NCBI RefSeq assembly: GCF_013343715.1
Contig: NZ_JABUNR010000005.1
Coordinates: 147,859-171,858 of the forward strand
Source of the DNA: Mesobacillus harenae
GTDB taxonomy: Bacteria > Bacillota > Bacilli > Bacillales > Cytobacillaceae
Reading direction: 5' to 3'
Length of the DNA stretch: 24,000 nt
A program made the position numbers and the translations under genes. Of this stretch, positions 15,665 to 24,000 are shown in pieces (positions within the stretch are counted from its first letter, which is position 1; the number at the start of each line of letters is the position of its first letter). The notes beneath the pieces were generated by a model that saw nothing but the letters and a program-made list of their open reading frames with translations, had not been told where the DNA came from and searched no databases.

Positions 15665-16099
15665 TTAATTTATTTTTGCAGTAAGTTCCAAGTGGTTTAG
15701 GATCTTATCTTGATTTAACAGATTTCTGATTTCATCAGGCACTCTCGTCTTCACCCGCGATTGCCGGTCAATCGTAGCAAGGATAATTTCAGCTGAAGCG
15801 ACAAGCTCCTGTTTATGATTCACTGCTGTTTGCTTAAGCGTCAAGCTAGTATTTCCGACCCTGGATAGCTCTGTACGAATGGTGATTCTGTCCTGGTCGA
15901 AAACTTCTTTCTTATAGTCTAAGCCTGCATGTACAACAACCGCTTCAACATTCAATAAAATGCTATAACGATACCAGTCATTTCGTGCCTGATCTAAATA
16001 GTCAAATAAGGTTACATTGCTAACATGCCCGCGGCTTGTTTGTGCTGTAACCTCAAACTGTGAATACGTCAAATGTCTCTCCTCCATTAAATTCTCCAT
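15665..16099 (-). CDS. Hotdog-fold acyl-CoA thioesterase (4HBT/YbgC-like)
   Basis: The 144-aa size and the pattern 'GHVSNVTLFDYLDQARNDWY...VVVHAGLDYKKEV...GNTSLTL' fit this family. The start may instead be the second ATG, 12 nt downstream. Confidence 0.55.
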   Translation of the reverse strand: MENLMEERHLTYSQFEVTAQTSRGHVSNVTLFDYLDQARNDWYRYSILLNVEAVVVHAGLDYKKEVFDQDRITIRTELSRVGNTSLTLKQTAVNHKQELVASAEIILATIDRQSRVKTRVPDEIRNLLNQDKILNHLELTAKIN

Positions 16100-16438
16100 T
16101 TTCTGACTTACTACCTTTTCGACCTTTTTCGCCGAACTCCTTGTTATTTCAAAAAATTACTACTTGAAATTAAATTCACTCCCTATCAATTATGGCAGTC
16201 CTTAAGGAAATACTTGCTAACAACGTCATTTTAGTCAAGATTGGTGAACTTATTTAATGTTTTACGCTTACCTCTCATTTTTGCGTTTCTTTAAATTCAA
16301 CCTTCATCTATAATGGTTATAGTAAGCGTTATCGGGTATTATTAATAATCAATGACTTTTTACATAAGATTAAATAAGGAACTGCTGTGTGGCAGAGTTA
16401 GATACAAAAACTATAAGCGATTTGAGGTAAGGCATAAT

Positions 16439-17170
16439 ATGTTAGTTAGAAAAAGTATACCGAACTTATTTACACTTAGTAATCTTCTTTTTGGATTCTT
16501 ATCAATTTTATTTGCGGCTAAGGGTGATTTTAGAAATGCATCGATCCTTATATTAATTGGAATGATGCTAGATAGTATGGATGGACGGGTAGCGAGGATG
16601 CTGAACGCTGAATCTGAACTTGGCAAGGAGCTTGATTCTCTTGCCGATGTTGTTACCTTCGGGGTCGCTCCAGCTATGCTTGTTTACTATATCACCTTTT
16701 CCCAATACGGAATGATTGGCATGGTAGTAGCCGGGCTGTTTCCTCTATTCGGAGCATTTAGGTTAGCCCGTTTTAATGTAAACGCCAGGAAATCAAACTA
16801 TTATTTTACCGGTGTCCCCATAACGGCAGCTGGAGGGTTGCTAACATTAGTCACCATGCTCCACCGTTGGATTCCTGAAGTTTTGATCAGTGTTTCTTTT
16901 ATGGCGCTCTGCTTTTTAATGGTCAGCAAGCTGAAAATTCCAAGTCTCAAAAATGTTCCTCTTCCTAAATACGGAACAATTATTACAATTCTGCTCGGTT
17001 ATCTCATCTTTTTGATATTCCGCAGCAAATCTCAAGAAATGCCTTACTTTATTTATATTGCTGTACCTTTGTACATCGGATTCATTGGATATCAATGGCG
17101 CCGAAAGAGCAATAAGAAAAAAGCAGATAGCTTAAAGGCCAATCCGCCAAACGAAAATAAACCTAAATAG
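16439..17170 (+). CDS. pssA: CDP-diacylglycerol--serine O-phosphatidyltransferase
   Basis: The CDP-alcohol phosphatidyltransferase motif 'DSMDGRVARMLNAESELGKELDSLAD' is present in a polytopic protein. I prefer ATG 16439 (MLVRKSIPNLFT), which has the weak SD-like 'gaggtaagg' about 5 nt upstream, over the track's 16352. Confidence 0.75.
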   Translation: MLVRKSIPNLFTLSNLLFGFLSILFAAKGDFRNASILILIGMMLDSMDGRVARMLNAESELGKELDSLADVVTFGVAPAMLVYYITFSQYGMIGMVVAGLFPLFGAFRLARFNVNARKSNYYFTGVPITAAGGLLTLVTMLHRWIPEVLISVSFMALCFLMVSKLKIPSLKNVPLPKYGTIITILLGYLIFLIFRSKSQEMPYFIYIAVPLYIGFIGYQWRRKSNKKKADSLKANPPNENKPK

Positions 17171-17185
17171 AATAGCATTTCACTG

Positions 17186-17224
17186 AAACCGCTTGGGATT
17201 CTATATCTCGAGCGGTTTTTTTTC
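17186..17224 (+). terminator. Rho-independent terminator of pssA
   Basis: 'aaaccgct ... agcggttt' followed by 'ttttttc'. Confidence 0.7.
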
Positions 17225-17329
17225 GTAAATTTAAACACCAAGTTATAGAACCAGGTAACAAAAGTCACATACAAAATTATTTATTACTGTTAAACTCCAT
17301 TGGAACGTTAAAAGAAATGGGGTATTAAT

Positions 17330-18289
17330 TTGAATTTTCCACAATTAAAGATTGGACATATGATGCCGAAAGTTCCTGTTATGCAAGGAGGAATGGGAGT
17401 TGGGATTTCGCTTAGCAAGCTTTCTTCAGCTGTTGCTAATGCAGGAGGTATTGGAATAATATCAGGAACTGGTATTACGGTTGATGAATTGCGTAACCAT
17501 ATCAGAACTGCAAAGAGCCTTGTGAAGGATACTGGATACATTGGTGTAAACGTATTGTTTGCGATGAATGATTTTGCCGAAAAAATGAAGGCAGCCCTTG
17601 AAGAAAAGGCAGACTTTATAATTTCTGGCGCTGGTATTTCCAGAGATATGTATGCATGGGGCAAGAAGGCCGGCATACCTGTCATTTCAATCGTTTCATC
17701 CGCCAAACTTGCAAGAATTTCCGAGCGGCTCGGTGCTGCAGCTGTTGTTGTTGAGGGGTGTGAAGCTGGTGGGCATTTAGGTACAGACCGTCCTTTGTTT
17801 GATATTTTGCCAGAGGTTGTTGAAGCAGTATCAATTCCCGTTATTGCCGCGGGAGGGATCATGACCGGCTCTGATATTTCCAAGGCATTGCGTCTGGGGG
17901 CATCCGGAGTTCAAATGGGCACAAGATTTGTCGCAAGTGAAGAGTGCGATGCTCCTTTAGCCTTCAAACAAAAATACGTAGACGCTCAGAAAGAAGATAC
18001 CCTTCTTGTTAAAACAACAGTCGGTTTACATGGGCGCGCGATTTCCAATAATTTCACAGATTTAATCAGCCAGCCTGGTAAACTTAAAATTGCAAAATGT
18101 CACGATTGTCTCAAAAACTGCTCCTATCGGTTTTGCACGCTCGATTCTCTCCTTTTATCCGTAGCGGGTGATGTGGAAAACGGTCTAGTTTTTGCTGGAG
18201 CCAGAGTACATGAAATTAAGAGCATTTTGCCGGTACAAACCATCATTGATAATCTTACTAATGAATATCGACAGGCTGCCTTATCTTAG
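17330..18289 (+). CDS. NAD(P)H-dependent flavin oxidoreductase, nitronate monooxygenase / FabK-like family
   Basis: 'VMQGGMGVGIS', 'VVEGCEAGGHLG' and 'IPVIAAGGIMTGSDISKALRLGASGVQMGTRF' match the NMO/NPD family. The start is TTG. The C-terminus has a Cys cluster, 'CHDCLKNCSYRFC'. Confidence 0.75.
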   Translation: MNFPQLKIGHMMPKVPVMQGGMGVGISLSKLSSAVANAGGIGIISGTGITVDELRNHIRTAKSLVKDTGYIGVNVLFAMNDFAEKMKAALEEKADFIISGAGISRDMYAWGKKAGIPVISIVSSAKLARISERLGAAAVVVEGCEAGGHLGTDRPLFDILPEVVEAVSIPVIAAGGIMTGSDISKALRLGASGVQMGTRFVASEECDAPLAFKQKYVDAQKEDTLLVKTTVGLHGRAISNNFTDLISQPGKLKIAKCHDCLKNCSYRFCTLDSLLLSVAGDVENGLVFAGARVHEIKSILPVQTIIDNLTNEYRQAALS

Positions 18290-18300
18290 ATACACAGTAA

Positions 18301-18338
18301 GCAGCCATTCTCATTTAGTTGAGAACGGCTGCCTTTTT
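18301..18338 (+). terminator. Rho-independent terminator between convergent genes
   Basis: 'gcagccattctca tttagt tgagaacggctgc' followed by 'cttttt'. Confidence 0.8.
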
Positions 18339-18419
18339 ACTAAGACTTCAGATTGTCTCTTAGATTTATTTGCGCGCGGATCCGAGCGTATCTCTATACA
18401 ACCGCCTTTATTAAATCGT

Positions 18420-19697
18420 TTACCGGGGCAAATCTACTACATCTGTGTTTTTATTTGCATTTCGGATGTTTCGAATATTGACTCTGATAAGCAGTGATAT
18501 AGCTAGAGCTAGAGCAAAGGCTCCTGCAAAAATATACAAGGTTAATGAATAGCTATTTGTGGTCTCCCTAATCCATGAAACAAGAATAGGCCCTGCTAGG
18601 CCTGCAGCTGCCCACGCTGTAAGGATATAGCCATGGATTGCGCCAAGCTGTTTCGTTCCAAACAGGTCGCCTATATAGGCAGGTATGGAAGCAAAACCGC
18701 CCCCATAGCAGGTGAGAATCAAAAAGATTAATATTTGAAATACCCAGGCGTTTGATGTATTTGGCAGCATCAGAAATGCCGCTAGCTGAATAATAAAAAA
18801 GGCGGTATATACGTTAGGCCTGCCAATATAGTCGGAGATAGATGCCCAGCCTATTCTTCCTAAACCATTAAAAAGTCCCATAATCCCAACCATTGTTGCC
18901 GCTGCTGCTGCCGTTAAACCTGCTATATCCTGCGCCATTGGGGACGCAACAGAAATGATGGCAATCCCGCAGGTTACATTAATAAATAACATGGCCCATA
19001 ACGCCCAGAATCGAATGGTTTTGACAGCTTCATTGGCCGTAAGCTGTGACAGATCTCCCTGTCCAGTCTCTTGCTCAGCTGTTTCCTCCTTCATTCCTTC
19101 AGGGAGCCATCCTTTTGGAGGCGGAGCTAGATATAAAGCAGATAAAATCATCACAACAAAATAAACACTTCCAAGCAAATAAAAGGTATTAGCAATACCC
19201 ATTTCCCTGATTAAAGAAGCGATAATCGGGCTTGCAATCAAAGAAGCAAAACCAAACCCCATGATTGCCAGGCCTGTCGCAAGGCCTCTGCGGTCAGGGA
19301 ACCATTTTACAAGCGAGGAAACGGGAGTGATATATCCGATTCCAAGCCCCATTCCACCAAGTGCTCCATAAAAGAAATACAATAGATACAAAGATCCGAT
19401 ATTTACGGCAAAACCCGCACCAATCAATCCTGCCCCAAAGCAAATTGCTGCGATGATCCCTGACTTTCTTGGCCCATGACTCTCGACAAAATGCCCCATG
19501 AATGCGGCCGATAGTCCGAGAAACAAAATTGCAATACTAAAGGTAAGCGATATGCTGCTTAACCCCCAGCCATGCTGTTCCCTCAATGGATTGGTAAAGA
19601 CACTCCATGAATATACAGAACCGATTGAAATGTGGATACCCACTGCACTAGCTGCAATTAGCCAGCGGTTTTTTGTTTTTGCTACTGTTGTACTAAT
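18420..19697 (-). CDS. MFS transporter, oxalate/formate antiporter (OFA) family
   Basis: 12-TM MFS with the N-terminal 'NRWLIAASAVGIHISIGSVYSWSVF' typical of OFA members. The ORF is open up to 19733 but has no ATG, GTG or TTG upstream of GTG 19643. I infer the start at ATT 19697, 8 nt after SD 'aggagg'. The conservative alternative start is GTG 19643. Confidence 0.75.
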   Translation of the reverse strand: MSTTVAKTKNRWLIAASAVGIHISIGSVYSWSVFTNPLREQHGWGLSSISLTFSIAILFLGLSAAFMGHFVESHGPRKSGIIAAICFGAGLIGAGFAVNIGSLYLLYFFYGALGGMGLGIGYITPVSSLVKWFPDRRGLATGLAIMGFGFASLIASPIIASLIREMGIANTFYLLGSVYFVVMILSALYLAPPPKGWLPEGMKEETAEQETGQGDLSQLTANEAVKTIRFWALWAMLFINVTCGIAIISVASPMAQDIAGLTAAAAATMVGIMGLFNGLGRIGWASISDYIGRPNVYTAFFIIQLAAFLMLPNTSNAWVFQILIFLILTCYGGGFASIPAYIGDLFGTKQLGAIHGYILTAWAAAGLAGPILVSWIRETTNSYSLTLYIFAGAFALALAISLLIRVNIRNIRNANKNTDVVDLPR

Positions 19698-19760
19698 ATC
19701 AATCTCCTCCTGAGTCGATTTATTAAGAGATTCCTACTTGGAAAAATGCCGGCCCTCGAT

Positions 19761-20327
19761 TTATTTATCATTGCTGGGAGAGCCATTTACCGTATTTGAT
19801 TCCCTTTTATGAAGATCCTGATCCTCAGGAAGCTGTGTATTCCTCTCCATTCCGCTTGTATCCTCACCCATGCCTTTTAAAAAGGTCATCAAGAGGGTAA
19901 TCGCGCTGTTTATCTCAGGATCTTTTAAAGACTTAACCAAGTCAAAGTAGCCTGTTTTTTCTTCAGTCTCGTTACTTTCCGCAACTCTTGCAATACCAGA
20001 ATTAATTTTCAAGAGCATTGGCTCCAACTGCTTAACATTAATGGTTCCAAGCGTCCCCACCATGAGAAGCAGGTTCTTAAGTGTATTCGTCGTTTCTGGC
20101 TTATCTGCTGCTTTAACAAGAACGTTTAATACTTTATCTCCCTGCCCAAAAAGTCCATTTAAAAGAGATAGAATTCCTCGGTCATGCATGTGATTGACGA
20201 CGGTAATCAGCTCGAGGATTGACTCCTTATTTTCAATAAGAGCCGTTTCGACCTCCTCTAAATCCTTTTTCCGCTTATCCTCGGGACTTAATTCAAATCG
20301 TTGAATTTTGTTAATCGCTTTAGCCAT
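19761..20327 (-). CDS. DUF1641 protein (YjgD/YrhD-like formate dehydrogenase accessory protein)
   Basis: 188 aa with '[35 protein letters not shown]'. Its ATG overlaps the end of the FDH gene by 8 nt. The same gene pairing occurs at B. subtilis yjgC-yjgD and yrhE-yrhD. Confidence 0.75.
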   Translation of the reverse strand: MAKAINKIQRFELSPEDKRKKDLEEVETALIENKESILELITVVNHMHDRGILSLLNGLFGQGDKVLNVLVKAADKPETTNTLKNLLLMVGTLGTINVKQLEPMLLKINSGIARVAESNETEEKTGYFDLVKSLKDPEINSAITLLMTFLKGMGEDTSGMERNTQLPEDQDLHKRESNTVNGSPSNDK

Positions 20328-23313
20328 GCTGATTCCGCTCCTTTTTAACTATATCCCCCGGGAAAATATAATCTTTTCTCGCCCACTTCTTTTCAACCTG
20401 TATGCCAATTTGCGGCTGAGGATTCCCATAACGGTGATTAATTTTAGGAAGAGGGTTTGTACCTTCTTCTTTTAAAATCTCAAGCTTGGCTCTGGTTTCC
20501 TTATATGCTGGTGTATCTGTATCTTTGTCAGCATAACTGCTTGTTAGGAGGTTAATTGCTGCTTCCCCCGTGTCATTCATTGGCAGGTATACCTCTTTGC
20601 CTTTTACTCTATCAGTAATATGGCATTTCACCTTCACATTTCCATATGGTGATGACAGACGGACAAGTGTCCCGTCATTTAACCCGCGTTCAGCGGCAAG
20701 ATCAGGAGAAACTTCTAAAAAGACCTCCGGTGTTTTTTCACTGATACCGGCAGATTTATAGGTCATATTTCCTTCATGGAAGTGCTCAAGCAGCCTCCCA
20801 TTATTGACATGAATATCATACTCTACCGGGAATTCAAGCGGCGGTGTCCAATCCACAGGGTAAAGTCTTGCTTTGCCGTCCGGGAATGGGAAGCCATCGG
20901 TATAAAGAAGCGGGCTGTCTGTTCCGTCTGCTGCTACCGGCCATTGCAGGCTCTTGTAACCTTCCAATCTCTCATACGTAACTCCTGAATAAAGTGGCAT
21001 CAGCTTTGCTGCTTCTTCCATAACCTCGCTAGGATGTGTGTAATTCCAGCCCGCTCCCAGGCGATTGGCGATGTCGATTATAATTTGCCAGTCTGGCTTG
21101 GATTCTCCCAGCGGCTCAAGTGCTTTGTACAAGCGCTGAATCCTTCTTTCTGTATTGGTGAAGGTACCATCTTTTTCAAGGCTCGGACTTGCAGGAAGGA
21201 CTACATTAGCAAATTGTGCAGTTCTTGAGAGGAAAATGTCCTGAACGACGAAGAAGTCTAATTTCTCAAATGCAGCCTGCACATAGTTAATATTTGAATC
21301 TACTAGACCCATGTCCTCTCCTTTTAAATACATTGCCTTTAACTTACCTTCATGGATTCCTTCAACCATCTCATGATTGTTCAAGCCTGGAACCTCAGGC
21401 AATGTTACTCCCCACGCGTTTTCAAACTTTTTCCGAGACTCAGGATCGGTAACAGTTTGATAGCCTGGAAGATTATCAGGGCTGCTTCCAAAATCACCGG
21501 CGCCTTGGACATTGTTATGCCCGCGCAGTGGATAGGCTCCTGCGCCAGGCTTGGTGTAATTTCCGGTTACTAGCAGAAGATTGGAAATAGCTGTGCTTGT
21601 ATCACTGCCGCCGAGATGCTGAGTAACCCCCATTGCCCAAAGAGCAGATACTGTTTTGGATTCATGAATCATTTCAGCTATTTGAATTAAGTTCTCTCTT
21701 GAAATGCCTGTTGTTTTTACAGCATATTCAATTGTGAACTTCTCAAGATTTTTAATAAAATCCTCTAAGCCATTAACGTTTTCTTTTAAAAATTGCTCGT
21801 CTGCCCAGCCTTGGTCAATGATGTATTTCGTTACTGCTGAGAGCCATACCATGTCTGTTCCAGCACGAGGACGCACAAAAAGGTCGGATCGCTCGGCCAT
21901 TTCGTGTTCACGAAGGTCTGCGACGATAACCTTTTGCCCATTCAGCTTTTGGGAACGCTTAACCCGTGTAGATAAGACTGGATGCGATTCAGAAGTGTTA
22001 GAGCCAATGATAAGAACGAGCTCAGCCTTCTGAATATCCTCGATCGAACCTGCATCTCCACCGTAGCCAACTGTCCGGAATAATCCAACAGTAGCAGGAG
22101 TCTGGCAGTATCTTGAGCAGTTATCGATATTATTTGTCCCAATGACTGACCTTGCCAGCTTCTGCATTAAATAAGATTCTTCATTAGTAGTTTTTGAGGA
22201 GCTGATAAAGCTAAGAGCATCTGCTCCATGATCCTTTTTAATTTCAGTGAATTTTTGGGCAATTAAGCTTAATGCTTCCTCCCATTCTGCTTCCCGGAAT
22301 GAATCTCCTTCTCGGATTAATGGCTTTGTCAGGCGCTCTTCACTATTAACAAAGTCCCAGCCGAATTTTCCTTTCACACAGGTCGAGATGCCATTTGCCG
22401 GTGCTTCGGCATGCGGCTCAATTTTTAGAATTTCACGGTCCTTCGTCCACACATCAAAGCTGCATCCCACCCCACAATATGTACAAACGGTTTTCGTTTT
22501 TTCAATTTTCTCATCGCGCATAGCTGCTTCCATATCGGATATCGCTAATATGGACCCGTATCCGGTTTCAACATTTTTCGTCATTTCGATCATCGGACGG
22601 AGTGTATTTTTAGCTATGCCCGTTAAAAACCCTGCTTCACCTTCCATCCCTTTTTCCATCATAGCGTTACACGGGCAGACCGTTGAACAATGGCCGCATG
22701 ATACACACGACGATTCATTGATCGGCACGTCCTTGTCCCAAATAACTCTTGGCTCCTGACGCTCCCAATCTATTGTCAATGTTTCCGTTACCTGGACATC
22801 CTGGCAGGCTTCCACACACCGACCGCATAAAATGCACTGATCGGGATCATAGCGGTAAAATGGGTTTGAGTCATCGACCTCATAGGGCTTCTGGTCAAAC
22901 GGTATCCTTTGGTGGTTGATCTTCATCGCCTTTACAGTATTATGTACTTCACAGCCACCATTGTTATAATCACACACGGTACAATAAAGCTCATGATTAT
23001 ATAAAATTTTATCCATCGCGATGGTTTGCGCTTCTTTAACATCTGAAGTTGCTGTATCAATTACATCGCCTTCCTTAACACGAGTTGAACAGGACCTCAC
23101 CAACTCTCCGTTGACCGAAACGATGCAAGTATCACAGGTTTCAATCGCCCCCAAGCTCGGATGGTAACAAACCTGTGGTATTTCAATGGAACTATCCGAT
23201 AACAATTCCAGAACGGTCTGATTTGGTTTGGCTATTACATTAACGCCATTGATGTTAATATTCTGTGACTCTGACAAAACAATCCACCCCTTCTCAAAAA
23301 ATTCAGATTTCAT
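20320..23313 (-). CDS. Formate dehydrogenase alpha-type molybdopterin oxidoreductase with N-terminal 2Fe-2S/4Fe-4S domains (YjgC/YrhE family), Cys type
   Basis: 997 aa. It has the N-terminal '[33 protein letters not shown]' and the ferredoxin clusters '[11 protein letters not shown]' and '[13 protein letters not shown]'. The MopB domain contains 'CTYCGVGC' and the active-site region '[14 protein letters not shown]'. Confidence 0.9.
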   Translation of the reverse strand: MKSEFFEKGWIVLSESQNININGVNVIAKPNQTVLELLSDSSIEIPQVCYHPSLGAIETCDTCIVSVNGELVRSCSTRVKEGDVIDTATSDVKEAQTIAMDKILYNHELYCTVCDYNNGGCEVHNTVKAMKINHQRIPFDQKPYEVDDSNPFYRYDPDQCILCGRCVEACQDVQVTETLTIDWERQEPRVIWDKDVPINESSCVSCGHCSTVCPCNAMMEKGMEGEAGFLTGIAKNTLRPMIEMTKNVETGYGSILAISDMEAAMRDEKIEKTKTVCTYCGVGCSFDVWTKDREILKIEPHAEAPANGISTCVKGKFGWDFVNSEERLTKPLIREGDSFREAEWEEALSLIAQKFTEIKKDHGADALSFISSSKTTNEESYLMQKLARSVIGTNNIDNCSRYCQTPATVGLFRTVGYGGDAGSIEDIQKAELVLIIGSNTSESHPVLSTRVKRSQKLNGQKVIVADLREHEMAERSDLFVRPRAGTDMVWLSAVTKYIIDQGWADEQFLKENVNGLEDFIKNLEKFTIEYAVKTTGISRENLIQIAEMIHESKTVSALWAMGVTQHLGGSDTSTAISNLLLVTGNYTKPGAGAYPLRGHNNVQGAGDFGSSPDNLPGYQTVTDPESRKKFENAWGVTLPEVPGLNNHEMVEGIHEGKLKAMYLKGEDMGLVDSNINYVQAAFEKLDFFVVQDIFLSRTAQFANVVLPASPSLEKDGTFTNTERRIQRLYKALEPLGESKPDWQIIIDIANRLGAGWNYTHPSEVMEEAAKLMPLYSGVTYERLEGYKSLQWPVAADGTDSPLLYTDGFPFPDGKARLYPVDWTPPLEFPVEYDIHVNNGRLLEHFHEGNMTYKSAGISEKTPEVFLEVSPDLAAERGLNDGTLVRLSSPYGNVKVKCHITDRVKGKEVYLPMNDTGEAAINLLTSSYADKDTDTPAYKETRAKLEILKEEGTNPLPKINHRYGNPQPQIGIQVEKKWARKDYIFPGDIVKKERNQHG

Positions 23314-23385
23314 TTTTTACTACCCCTGTGTTAGAAACTTAAACGTTTAGCAAGCATTATCTTTAAATCTTCCTTTAAAATCCCG

Positions 23386-23432
23386 GTAAAAAAATACAAC
23401 TCACTTGTTAGTTTTGTCTAACAAGTGAGTTG
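23386..23432 (-). terminator. Rho-independent terminator of the cardiolipin synthase gene
   Basis: Perfect 15-bp stem 'caactcacttgttag' ttttgt 'ctaacaagtgagttg', followed by a T-run on the minus strand. Confidence 0.85.
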
Positions 23433-23469
23433 CATTTTAAATGGTGCACTTAATTATTTTTTCTTCAGC

Positions 23470-24000
23470 TCACAGCACACCTGAAAACAAACGGGCAAAT
23501 GACTCTTTGGATCGATCTATAAAACCTCGTTTATAGTATTTGACCGGCCTAATCTTCTCACTGTCGTTCATATCTGTTTCATAATGAGCGACCAAGTCCC
23601 TAATTGAAGAGGTACCCAATAAAAATACATTTACCTCAAAATTCAGGTGGAAGCTGCGCATATCGATGTTAGCTGTTCCTATTGAAGCCATATTTCCATC
23701 AACAATAATGACCTTTTGATGCAAAAATCCTTTTTTATAAGAATAAATTTCAACTCCGTTCCGAAGAAGCTCTGGAAAATATGATTTACTGGCATACTGA
23801 GTCAAAAAGCTGTCGTTAACCTCTGGAAACATAATTTTCACATCCAGCCCTTTAGCAGCCGCTACCTTCAGCGCTTTCCTAATGGCTTCATCTGGCACAA
23901 AATACGGGGTAGCAATCCAAATAGACCTTTCAGCTGAAGCAATCAACGCATAATAATAATCCCCCATAATCCCCTGCTGTGTATCCGGACCGCTGACTAC
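23470..24000 (-). CDS. cls: Cardiolipin synthase, C-terminal portion (5' end lies beyond the window)
   Basis: The second PLD HKD motif 'HQKVIIVDGNMASIGTANID' is present, with 'IWIATPYFVPD'. The reading frame stays open to the window edge (VVSGPDTQQGI...). Confidence 0.85.
   Translation of the reverse strand, partial: VVSGPDTQQGIMGDYYYALIASAERSIWIATPYFVPDEAIRKALKVAAAKGLDVKIMFPEVNDSFLTQYASKSYFPELLRNGVEIYSYKKGFLHQKVIIVDGNMASIGTANIDMRSFHLNFEVNVFLLGTSSIRDLVAHYETDMNDSEKIRPVKYYKRGFIDRSKESFARLFSGVL

Noticed and set aside
15235-15684. 149-aa ORF (and the overlapping 71-aa ORF) between ywbE and the thioesterase gene
   Set aside because: It spans the GC-rich palindromic element and has an Arg/Pro/Ala-rich low-complexity N-terminus with no SD. 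It looks like a repeat-derived spurious ORF.
17308-17883. 191-aa minus-strand ORF antisense to the NMO/FabK-like gene
   Set aside because: It lies mostly inside, and antisense to, a gene with clear family motifs. Its Pro/Ser/Ala/Ile-rich translation is typical of a shadow ORF. The same reasoning applies to the other antisense track ORFs inside wrbA, the PBP gene, the ABC ATPase gene, the FDH gene, the MFS gene and the permease genes.
22105-22107. Selenocysteine (TGA recoding) in the formate dehydrogenase
   Set aside because: The active-site position in 'SRYCQTP' is encoded by TGC (Cys), and the ORF is uninterrupted over 997 codons. No in-frame TGA or SECIS element is needed.
23314-23385. Moco or other riboswitch upstream of the FDH gene, and likewise upstream of the SUOX-family gene at 10595-10736
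   Set aside because: The leaders are only about 70 nt and about 140 nt long, and the second is shared with a divergent promoter. They are AT-rich and lack the long conserved helices expected of a Moco riboswitch.

Overview
The window looks like a low-GC (about 40%) Bacillaceae chromosomal segment made mostly of ordinary housekeeping and accessory-metabolism genes. I called about 24 protein genes and one tRNA-Arg(CCT). Most genes have a clear Shine-Dalgarno site and a rho-independent terminator.

In order, the genes are:
- a DUF1801 protein and a small membrane protein
- an EcsC-family protein
- a divergent pair: WrbA-type NAD(P)H:quinone oxidoreductase and a YceI-like protein
- a class A penicillin-binding protein
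- an ABC-2 exporter pair
- a cytoplasmic sulfite-oxidase-family molybdoenzyme
- a small multidrug-export-family protein
- two small proteins, one a zinc ribbon and one a membrane protein with a His-rich tail
- a two-gene DUF318/ArsP-type permease plus TIGR03943/DUF1980 operon preceded by a near-consensus Zur box
- tRNA-Arg(CCT)
- a small K/Q-rich ORF coupled to ywbE
- a hotdog thioesterase, pssA, and an NMO/FabK-like flavoenzyme
- a three-gene formate module: YjgC/YrhE-type formate dehydrogenase, a DUF1641 protein, and an OFA-family MFS transporter
- the 3' part of a cardiolipin synthase gene

I found no CRISPR array, transposase, integrase, phage gene or recognisable defence system.

The items most worth a second look are:
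1. The Zur-box-controlled permease pair, whose second subunit carries a His/Cys-rich loop. It is a candidate zinc-responsive metal uptake system whose substrate is not defined, as far as I know.
2. Three islands of GC-rich, hairpin-forming repeat DNA in intergenic regions, including a 630-bp mosaic of shuffled repeat modules at the left edge.
3. An OFA transporter whose conserved N-terminus is only reachable from a probable ATT start codon.
4. Repeated TTGAAT-containing motifs in the wrbA/yceI divergent control region.

All functional calls rest on my recognition of motifs and families in the translated ORFs. I ran no database search.
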